The notes under the pieces were generated by a model, which saw only the letters and a program-made list of their open reading frames with translations, searched no databases and had not been told where the DNA came from. The position numbers and the translations under genes are program-made. DNA of 63,789 nucleotides, filler included, from Choristocarpus tenellus KU-1152 (Eukaryota > Protista > Phaeophyceae), in the NCBI GenBank assembly GCA_964200185.2. It is 13 parts of 13 records of this genome, joined end to end, with 100 filler letters (N's around TTAATTAATTAA, not from the genome) between each part and the next. Parts side by side here need not be neighbours in the genome. Positions count along the whole stretch, not along the records: positions 44,941 to 57,802 come from CAXNAD020001685.1; positions 57,903 to 61,143 come from CAXNAD020021320.1; positions 61,244 to 63,789 come from CAXNAD020026884.1; 10 more parts are not named here. One strand, 5' to 3'. Below are positions 50,560 through 61,326 of this stretch, one piece after another (within the stretch, counting starts at the first letter, position 1; every line of letters begins with the position of its first letter).

Positions 50560-52735
50560 CGGTCATCACCATTAAAAAAAAAAAAATGGGGGGGGAATCT
50601 GGTTTTGATGAACTACGCAACCAGCACAATGGACTGTACACCTGTGTGCTATCCTGTCTGTCACTAAAACACCAATGCATGGAGGACCTGAATTGTGGTG
50701 GCAAGGCTTCATTGTAAGTGGACAAGTGCTGCATAAGATTCAAGGGAGGCAGAGTGATGGGCGATGGGATGGATGAACTATATGCACAAGAAAACAGCAT
50801 GGCATACATTTGGCAGTGCAATTCTTTCTTGTGCAACAGTTAGTTTGTGTGTGTAGTCACCTCTGACCATGGTTGGGGCTAGGTATAGTTGAGCCAGTTT
50901 CCTAGTCCCAGAATAGAATGCAGGTGATAAGACTAGTCACGATCATAGAAACTTTTGTGGGTGTATATACTGCAGGAATTCGTACAAATTGACCCAATAT
51001 TGCCGTAAGAATATGAGCTTTTGATGGGACAGTATAGCGTCAAATGACTACCTCTGATGGTATGCAGCAGTTATACTGATATATACTCCTTTAAAAGTGA
51101 TTGGTTCCTCTCAACATCATACTCTCTGTCCTGCCAACCAGGTTGCAAGATGTTTGTTCCTTGTTTTTGTGGTGGTGTTGTGAGGAGCCAACAGGAAAGG
51201 AAGAAAATGATCTGGAAATACATAGTTTTAAGCGAAAATATAGTGAAGTGGCAACGCACGATTTCCATTTCACATCCTCCAGTCCCTGGATGAATGTCGA
51301 TTGTACATGGACAGTTTGCATTTGCTTACTACAGTGTTTGTTCAGAAGGTGCAGTCGATGAACATAGTGGACTGTAGCCATGATAACTCCAGTATGGTCC
51401 TAGCGTTAAGTTCTTGTCTAGATCCTCATCCTCAAGGTGCATCACAATTGAAACTCAAATGATGAGGATATGAGGATGAGACTGGTTGGTGCGTTGATGA
51501 GAGTAAAGACCTTTGCCACGAGAAACATGGAATTGTGTAGTGAAGTACTGGGTTGTTACAGGGAAGGAAAATGTTCAAATGTTGTTATCACTTCTTTACA
51601 GGCATCATGGAACTGGAACTTCATGCTCACGGACTCATTAACGATGCTGGGTTTTGAACAGTCAATAGCTGACCCTTGTGTGTTGAAAGGACCGTGAATG
51701 GTGAACCAGAAACGTAAGTCATTATACATGTCAACAATGCCCTGATAGGCACTAGGGGCACAACTGCAATGGAGCAGTTTGTTGGAGATCTGAACATGAA
51801 GTTCATGATCAAGGATATCATGTATCTTGGGAAAGTGGGATTCTACACGGGCTGTCACATCTACCAAGGCCAAATGAAGAAGGAACTAAAAATTGACCAG
51901 CACATTTACTGCCAAACCATTGCAAGATGATTCAACACCACCAAGACGACATTGGTTCTAGCATTTACAACACCATCCACAGTGCATTGCCCGGACTCCT
52001 ATGATCAAAAGCAATGCAGAAAATGTCCCACCAGGAAGCAGTGGGGGTGCTGATATGGGCAACTATCGTGACTTGACTGGATATTGCAGACTCAACATGG
52101 TGAATGGTACAATCCTGTGAGAACACAGGACAGACACATTAGAAGGCCGTGCAGAAGATTCTTTAGTACTTGTCGAGAACAAAGGACAGGGGCTGATACA
52201 TAGAGGGTCGGGGGCAACAATGGGAATTGAAGCATTTTCAGATGCCATCAATGCTACATGCTCAGATGACAGGCACTCTGTTTCTGGTGGTGTCATTCTG
52301 CTAGGTAGTGCTGCAAATGTTGAGTTTGGAGGCGGAGGGCATGGAGTTGGCAGAGGTGGTCAACTGCATCATGTTCCTGCAACAAGTGCAATGGTTCATG
52401 CCAAAACTAAGGTACTGCACAGTCAAATTGAATGAAGACTACAAGGGGGGTATTAACCTTGACTAATAATCCTAATAGTAGTCGCCGTACCAAAGATGTA
52501 GAAGTGAGGTATCACTTCATTGGTGGGGCGGTGCAGGATAGAATAATCATTGTAGAACACATAGGAAAGAAAAAACTGAGTGTGGATGCAATGACAAAGG
52601 CGCTGGATAAAGGTGTCTCCAATTGGCATATATCACTGTGATGATGAACAAGAAATACGTTGTGGCATAGTACGGAGGCTAAGTATAGGAATACTCGAAA
52701 GGGTTTGAGTGAATTAATTAATTCAAGTGGGGACT
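50560..52735 (+). mobile_element. Decayed Ty1/copia pol (RT and RNase H) relic
   Basis: QASWNWN...LGFEQSIADPCV; AFSDA...DDRHSVSGGVILLG; NPNSSRRTKDVEVRYHFI...VDAMTKAL; purine tract near 52725. Multiple frameshifts. Confidence 0.85.
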
Positions 52736-53639
52736 GGATTGGGCGTAGCTGTGAGATTAGTGTGGGTGTTCATGAACCAAGGATTAGAGTATATGTTCCG
52801 ATTGGTTAGCAAGTTGTTGGAGAATGAGATGATGAGTGGAGGTGTTAGTTGTTGCACCATACAAAGCGTTCCAAAGTATGTTCAGTGAACTATGACAGAA
52901 TATAAGGATTTGTGTTTGGTGGTTTTCAGTCTGAACAGTACATTCTAGAAGGAAAAATTCCAGATCTCTAGATACAATTTTGATGTCATAGAGAATGACA
53001 GAAATATCCGGAACTTCTAGAAGTATCATTCTTCTAGATGTCTGGCAGTATGAAGTAGAGAGAGCCCCACACAATCTCACTTTCAAATTTCCTGCGAGAG
53101 GACTGAGCTCTTCTATGGTGTTTGATCTACAAGCACAAGAGTGCACATGTGATATTTAACAAAAAAATACATATATCAAGATATGCCTCACGGAGTGAGA
53201 GTTGAGACTGACTGCCTGAAGGGAGGGAGTCTATGATTGGTGAGCACAGGATTCAGTGAATATACCAAAACTAGTTTCTGCATACCATATCCACCAAACG
53301 AGGTGTGCATGCTATTGTTGATGTCTATGTGTAGCTAACCTCCTCCTTCGGTTGTATGTAGCCAGGGAGATTAACTTGAGACCGGGAGAATAACGTTGAA
53401 GTTTGCGCCCACAATGACTAACAAACCATATGCTAAGCAATCCAGCTGTACTCCCTGAATGTGCCATACATTGGTTGGTATGATTGTAACTGCTTTGTAT
53501 CTTATCAGTCTATCTGAGGGGGTAGAAAATAATTGAAAAAATCAAAGGTAGACGTTGAAGATTTGTGCTGGTTCCTACTCCAGAATACACGGTAATGCAA
53601 CGTATGATAAACCGAAAATACTACAATTCTAAGTATACC

Positions 53640-53822
53640 GGCTCAAAGTATCTGGGGGGGGGGAGGTGGCGGCTGTCCATTTAGGGCCAATTTTTTCATG
53701 TCGCGATTTTTGGGCGATTTGGTCGCATACGTCGGATGGATCATGTAAACGCACTTTTCCTGATTCTGGGTCAAATGGACACCCTGGTGTAGACACCCCT
53801 CCCCCCCCAGATACTTTGGGTC
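53640..53822 (+). mobile_element. MITE family B, full-length
   Basis: GGCTCAAAGTATCTGGGGGG ... CCCCCAGATACTTTGGGTC, flanked by ACC/ACC. Confidence 0.9.
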
Positions 53823-56800
53823 ACCATGTACAGCAATGAATAAAAAGAACACTGTGAATCTGGTAATGTTGTTTGTCTTCTGGTCGGTGAGGATTAAAGA
53901 AAATCTCCTACGTAGTATAAGCGGGTAGCTTGTAAATGAATGAAATTCGTGAAGAAGGTGCCATCTCTTAGGCAGGGTTATGTTATTGATGTTGATGAAT
54001 GCCTATGACACATGGATGGCGATCGTTGAAGAATCTTGTCTCTAGACTTGAAGGATGTACTGGACATGGACGAATGATGAGAACTACAAGAAAATACAGT
54101 GAAGAAGAAGAGCTGTGCAACATGTTGGTGGGTCTAACGATGTTCAGCGACAGATTGCCTAGAATGCAATTATGTCTCTGCTCTGTACAAAACAAAGTTG
54201 GCTCCCAATAGTGCCAGAGAATACACTAAGTTAAGACCAAACACAAAGTACATAAAAAATATTTGGTGTACAGGGGCATAGTATCCTAGAGTGGGGGTCA
54301 GGCATCTATTCAGGGCCTTTGTGACCCAGGAGTGATTTCGTGTCATTTGAGTGAATTTGTCAGATATAAGGGCAATTTTCTTCATCTGGATGCACCTTCC
54401 GTTTCAATCCCTTCGCCTGAACTAAATCTGGAGGAAAACCACCCACAAAATGGGCATCAAACTGTAGTGTTGTAGAAACCCTATCAAGACCCGTATGAAC
54501 GACATAGAGCTAAACACCCCTTCTAGGATATACTGGTCCACATGCTACATAAGGTTTGAGGATTAGTGATGCTTCCACGGCACAAGATACCCCGCACAAA
54601 GTAGTTGAGATGAGAATTCCTTTTCCATGTTTTTGTTGTCGTGCAGGAAGGTTTCAAGTGAAGGAATACAATCTTGCTTGGCTAGTGCTGGTGCCACATT
54701 GCCTACTATACAGGGGACACCAGAATACTCAGAATGACTAACACATTGCATACATCATGTGTACTTGATGTATGTATGGTGCCCAATAGTGACATGATTA
54801 GCGTACTCCTACCAAGGTGAAACTGGGTTGAAGAAGTAGAGTGCTTGATTGACTGCAACAGGTATATTTACACCATGGAGCACGATGCCATGCCAGAAGT
54901 AAATCTGCTGTAGTGCATGCAGTAGATCCCTGTCAAAAAGGTTCGAGAAGAAGTGCACAAACCACAACTGGGCCTGGCCAAGTGGACTGGGTCATACTTT
55001 GCATGAGCTGTTCATACGGTAGCCAGGAGGGGCATGGTTGGGAGGTGACTGCCAGGAGCAGGGTGGAATGTTTGGGGCATTGTGAGACTTTTCATTAGCG
55101 ACAAAGTGTGTGAAAGGAAGAGGAATTTTTTGGGGAAAAGTTCCATACATACATGTCTATGTAGGCATTGATTTCCCCCGGTATGTCTTCAAAGGTATGT
55201 CACAAGCAACAAGTCCAAGAAATAGCAAAAATCGGAGGATTTTTGTGTAGTTCAATAGGGGTTAATAGGACTAAATAGTAGCACAGGTCTTATTAAGGCT
55301 CATTGGTGATGCATTCACAAGTGAACAGCAGTGCAACCGACACAAGTTATAGTAACAGATATTCTGCATAGGGATATGCCAGTGCTCCGAGTACTTGGAA
55401 AAATGTTACATAGCGCATGATGTGTACTTTCATGTAACAAGCGTATAGTATATTCCTGCCCCATTTTCTACATATGCTTCGAGTGATGATGCACTTCAGG
55501 CAGGTCCTGTCAACATAAGCAGAGTGACTACAAGCCCCAGTACTTCAAGATATTATGTTATTGGCAAGCACCATGGGTTTACTATTAATAATATATGTAA
55601 CACGACAAAATGCATCACTGTGCTTGGTTTTCTGTTTGCTACTGGTTGTAACCCTTTGTCTCAAAATATTTCAAACTTACAAACACTAAAAGCAAGAGGA
55701 AAGCTCTGCTAGTACCGAAAATTGATCAACACCATTAAAACAATACTGGAGTATAATGGGCGATGGGTGCACCCACTAGAAAATACACGACCGACGCTGA
55801 TGATGGGTGCACTCGGTCAAATGATATCCTTCCACAGGACGAATTAGTGTGTATGTGGGGGGGGTGGGGGTGGGGTTACCATCAACTTCCTCGTGAGGAG
55901 ACGGCCTTGCTGGACATGTCAGTGCCAGCAATCAATCCGTCAAGCAAAACTCCAGCTGGGGTCAAAACAAAGAGACCTTCCACATGGCACATGATACAAT
56001 TTGATCGATGAACACGACTTAACGATGTATTCCCACATATGTCATCAATACGACTTCATTTCCCAGTGTTTTAGGTACCTGTTTCAATACCGAGTATGTA
56101 CCCATTACCATTGGGGATAACACTCGAAAAACATGCCGTTAGCGAGCATTCCTAGTTGTCACACTTGCTAAAATGATAGAGATCTAGAGTACTAAAACTC
56201 GAAGTCCGCCCACCCCTGGTTCTTAAGCTGAACTCATTAAGTTCTGAATGGTGTTAGGACCGACAGATAAGTTGCAGACCTTGACGATGAAGTCGGGGGT
56301 CTGAGGCATTTTATCCTCATTGTAGGTAGTGATACATTAACAAGATAATCCCACCTAGTTGTGATGGCGTGACCTCGCCAATGCTCATGAATGCAGGCGA
56401 TAGACATTGCACTGATGGACAGTTACTATGTTTCTGGGTGATTGACATTATAAATATTTAGAGTATTTGATTTGAAACAAAGGACTGGCTGAGGTTGACT
56501 GACTCTTTTCTTTTTTCGTTTTCACTGACTTTCCAATTTATTTATATTTTTAGTGTATATCTCAAAGAGTGTGTGCTGCCTTTTTTTGTCTACCTTTCAA
56601 CGTCAAGTTAGGCATCCCCCAGATTGCTATTGTTGTGAAGAATCACAAATACATTTTTTTTGTTCAATGAATTGCACTCTGCATAGCAATTCAACCAATC
56701 CCCTACAATTCACGAAACTGCGTATTGTATGAAAACAAAACGAGCGTTGTACTCTCTGCACTGTTTGCTGTTCCTTGTTCACTTCTATGATGACATCTCC

Positions 56801-57993
56801 AAAATGTCTTCAGGAAAAAAAAAATGTTAAAAAGTACTACTAGAAGTGAGAAGTAGTTCCAAGTACAGCATGTAAGAAATAGTATGAAGAGTTCGCCACA
56901 CATTATACCAATGAAGAAAACATTTCGATTGTGAGTTCGGTCCTCTTTTTCGGTTGTTTCTTGGGGTCACATTCATTTTTTGCTCTTACCATTATAGATG
57001 ATAGGGTTAGAATGAGCTACTTTATGACACACCTATATATGACGAATGATGCACAGCATTTGATTTTTCGACTGAACATTTTTGTTTTGGATCCAAGCAC
57101 CAATTAATTGGTGAGACACAAGAATACAAGCACATCAAAGAATGAGAACTGCACAACCTATTGATGAGTCCAGCGATGTTTGGAAGAACATCTTTTTTTA
57201 TTGCAATGATTCTGTTACTGCTCTGCACACCTTACAACAGGTCGTCAGAGAAAGTATAATTATTTTCTGTTCATATTGATCACACACACAGAGCATACTT
57301 CGACATGGTTGGAGCTCAAAATGAATGGGGTTTGAAGATTAAAGGTGCTTGGATGGTACTACAGCATTGCCCCAAGCAAAGTGACTGGGTTTATAGTTCT
57401 TTTCCTATTCTATGCTTCTTTTTTGATATTATGGGGGGACCCTTTAAGGTGCTTTTAACTAGTTGCTCCAATCACGAAGTGGAATACTGAAGTCAAATTT
57501 GAAATAGATGACATTATGTGCACTTTAGTTCAGGCAGGTCAAAAAGCCACTCGTTTGGGTGTCTGCTAACTGACAGCAACCCACTATATTCTACAATGAC
57601 AGTGTATTATACCAAGTATATTTTATGGAATTCGTAACAAATGTAGGATAAGGGTTAGGGTCGGTCTTATCGGACACGACAATGAACAGCCAATTTCAAA
57701 AAATTGAGGATGGAGTTTTTCATTGAGGATGGGCTCGACCCAAAATTGACTGGGATAAAGTGAAAAAATGAAGACTTTTTTAAATGACGATACAAGAAAA
57801 AANNNNNNNNNNNNNNNNNNNNNNNNNNNNNNNNNNNNNNNNNNNNTTAATTAATTAANNNNNNNNNNNNNNNNNNNNNNNNNNNNNNNNNNNNNNNNNN
57901 NNCACCCTGGTGTAGACCCCCCCCCCTCCCCCCCAGATACATTGGGTCTGTGCAATGCAATATCCAATCTCCTGCTTCCCATCTCGGCTGTAG

Positions 57994-60820
57994 GTTAGCA
58001 CAGATTCTGGTGTTGAAGGTCTCATCAAAAACATCAAGGTGGCTCATGACGATGATGACAGGAGGCGTCTGTTTGCGTTGGCAACCACAAATACCGGGGT
58101 GTACTTCACATCCTCTCAGGTGACTTCAAGGTTGTGACCGTTTCAAGAAAAAAAAAAGTGTACAGTTTGCCTGGTAGGCTGGCTGAGTGAAGAGCTGGTT
58201 CAGATAGGTGGATCTTCGGAAAGAAAAAGAAAGGAGAAGAGGTGGATTTCACTCAAGTGTTGAACTTTTTATGGGGCTGAGACACCACACATTGGGTTGG
58301 TACAGCCTGAACCACAGAGCCTAATCAGGACTCCAGCACATATTTAATTAGATTGGGTTCATGACCAGAGGTTTTTCTAGACACATCAAAGTACAAAGCG
58401 TGCCAATCCCCATCAAAATGCTCAGCACTTTGGTGAAGAACAGGTAAGGAGAAAGACAAGAGCCCTACTCCCAAGAAAGGAAGAAAATTGAATCCTCAAA
58501 CTGGGAGGTGTCTGGATCATTTTCGAAAAAACACAGGTTCCATCATTGTGTGACCCCTCAGCAGCCGAATTCAGCAAGTTCACATTTCAATATACTCCCG
58601 GTTTTCCAGCTCCAAGTGACAAAATTTGTATACTCCCCCGTCCTTTGCTGACAGGCCCAGGGACTCTTGGAGGCAGTGTCGACAATATATTCAACACTTG
58701 ATGCGGTGGCCAAGCTCGTGCCCCAAATGGCCAGCTTTGAGGATTGTGTCACCATCATAGGTGACAAGGGGTGCCACAGCAAACCCGAAATTCTTGTTTT
58801 GATAATTTGTGCACGTATCGTGATGGAATATTTGGCAGGGTATATTTGCACAAAGCAGAGATGCCTTGGCAGAGTAGAGCTCTTAGATCTAAGAGCAGGT
58901 ACAGGAACAACACAGAGACCTGCCAGAACTTTAATCCATTAGTAGTCGATCGATGCTCAAGAAGAAGGCCTGTGAATATAGCCAGTCTGCTACAAAAACT
59001 GTTCACCAAAGGCTGACGCCTTAAGCACAAGCAATGTATCCTTTGACACGACCTATCACAAGTAGCCCACGTTGTCTTGGCCTTTGTTGTTCTTAGATGA
59101 GAAGTGTTCCAGAGCACTAAAAATATTTTTTTGATAATTTGCTTGGTGGTGCATTGTTTAGCTCCTCTTTCTAAACCCTCAGAGAATGATACATTCCCTG
59201 CTCAGCTACAGTCTGGTCTGGTTGTCACATGAGCAGGGCGATGGATCTCAATTCCCCAGAATTATTAGCGCTGCAGGTTCTCGGTAGAGTTCTTTGTTGT
59301 AGTGTATACACTCTTAAAGTAGTGCATCCACTCATAAAATAGTGTCACGCAACTGAGAAATAGTGTACACACCCTAAAATAGTGTACAGTGCAATATAAC
59401 AATGTAGACAGAAATGCACAACATGGCTACTGCGAACAAAATCTCCACAGACTCGAATCTGGACCACTGTGCAAAGTTCACACTTCGCTTCGTGATTGGC
59501 CCAGCGTGGGGGCCAATAATGGGAATGCCATCAGGGCATTATGCACTGGACATGCAGAACACTAGGGATCGACTTGCAGCCGCAAAGGTACCCGTGAGTT
59601 GCCTCTCGGTAGAGAAACATTTTCATTCCATCAGAAGAAATCCCTGCCGCATGATGAGTGCTTTCAGTCTCCTGGTCCTGCTACTGAAAGAGAAGAAAGC
59701 ATCAAAGCAGAAATCCCTTCCAAAGCACATACATTTCACCGTCCTGTTTCAGTCTCACACTGGACTGGACGACCAGTTGTGTTTGGTTGGTCTCACTATA
59801 GTGTATTGTGGTACCATTGTGTCAAGTCTTGGTACTATTGTGCTAAGGTTCTCAAGCATGATAGAACTCAGAACGCATGGCCCACAGAATTTGCAGAGGC
59901 TTGATTACCAAGCACTGTCTTCATCTTGGTTGTACCCCTCTTCATCCATCGCCCTTACTTTTTTTCAGCTGGCAGGTGTGGCCAACAATGAAAGATACCA
60001 AAGCAAGCTGGGCACTTGTGTGAACACCTCCCAGCACGGCAACTGGCAAAACTATCGGAATGAGAGCTACAAGCACAAGGTGAAGCGTCGCGATCTGTTG
60101 ATAGAAACAATAATATGGAGACATTTTTATGCAAAGAAGAGTTTAGGTATAGATTGTGATGGGCAAGGATTGTTCAGACCTTGAGTGGCCACATTGACCC
60201 TAACCCGACCATTTCTTTTGAAGCAACATAGGTTAAACTTGAATATAAAGTCGCCACAAATTGGCATTTGGACACTCAAGTGTGATGCATCAAGGCCACC
60301 AGACTACTATTTCCCTCAATCTTGTTGCCCCATCCCGTAATTGTCCCGTTCTTGCCTGTGCTCCTAAGTACCCGATACTGTGTAGTATTCTGCATATTTT
60401 ATCATCTGATAGAGCACAAGCTCAACAGGAAGTAGTTAACTGAATTTTGGACTTATTAGCCGTACCACGCCTCCTCGCACTGACCTCTCCATGGCAAGAC
60501 GTACTGATTTGGTGTAATCGGTGCTGTCTTATGTACACTCACCTTGCATACACGGACCAATCCTTTTTCACCCTGGGTGATTATTGAGTTTACAAGAAAA
60601 TCAGTAATATATCTTCGTTGCCACCCCCAGAAACCTGAAATGTTACAAAGATATCAGTGACACCCTTTCCCTCTCCTCTCTGTGTTGTCATTGGTAGCCC
60701 TTGTCTCTAAGCCCTGAGTGGTTTGTGAGGATGCCAAAGAGTGGAATTGTTAGCTTCGACTATGTGTCAACTGCCCAGCCTGATCACCACCAGATGCATT
60801 TTACTGAGATGAGGTTCCAG
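57994..60820 (+). CDS. Internal exons of a protist protein with the 'GHYxLD...DR...TSQxGN..N.RNE...P..G...FDYVS' domain (often C-terminal to LRRs)
   Basis: Five phase-consistent exons: 57994-58119, 58655-58760, 59451-59587 (MPSGHYALDMQNTRDRLAA), 59969-60079 (NTSQHGNWQNYRNE), 60698-60820 (MPKSGIVSFDYVST). Confidence 0.8.
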
Positions 60821-60986
60821 GTGAGGTGTAACGCAAGGATTTAGTCCGGACTGCTTCCAACCATGCTTAAGTTCCTCCACATTTCCTGCCTTAAATTTTG
60901 TGCACTTGTAGCTCAAGAGAGGATGAAATACTGAAAATCATCAGCGTGGATACATGTAGTTACTAGTTTACTCTTATCTCGGCAGA

Positions 60987-61143
60987 GGCTCAAAGTATCT
61001 GGAGGGGGGTGGCGGCTGTCCATTTGGGGCCAATTTCTTCATGTCGCAATTTTGGGGTAATTTGGTTGCATATGTGGGATCGAAAATGTAGGTGCATTTT
61101 TCCTGATTATGGCCCAAATGGACACCCTGGTGTAGACCCCCCC
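60987..61143 (+). mobile_element. MITE family B, intronic, cut at its poly-C by the contig end
   Basis: GGCTCAAAGTATCTGGAGGGGGG...gacaccctggtgtagacccccc. Confidence 0.88.
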
Positions 61144-61290
61144 NNNNNNNNNNNNNNNNNNNNNNNNNNNNNNNNNNNNNNNNNNNNTTAATTAATTAAN
61201 NNNNNNNNNNNNNNNNNNNNNNNNNNNNNNNNNNNNNNNNNNNCCCCCCAGATACTTTGACCCAGTACTATCTACGAACAACACAAAACA

Positions 61291-61326
<36 letters not shown>

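Noticed and set aside
59414-60184. 256-aa single-exon ORF
   Set aside because: It is read-through of an in-frame intron (59588-59968) between two real exons.
2696-61243. Recurrent TTAATTAATTAA palindrome as a biological motif, and gene clustering across it
   Set aside because: It is always centred in N runs of fixed length, so it is an assembly linker. Neighbourhoods across linkers are not evidence of a system.
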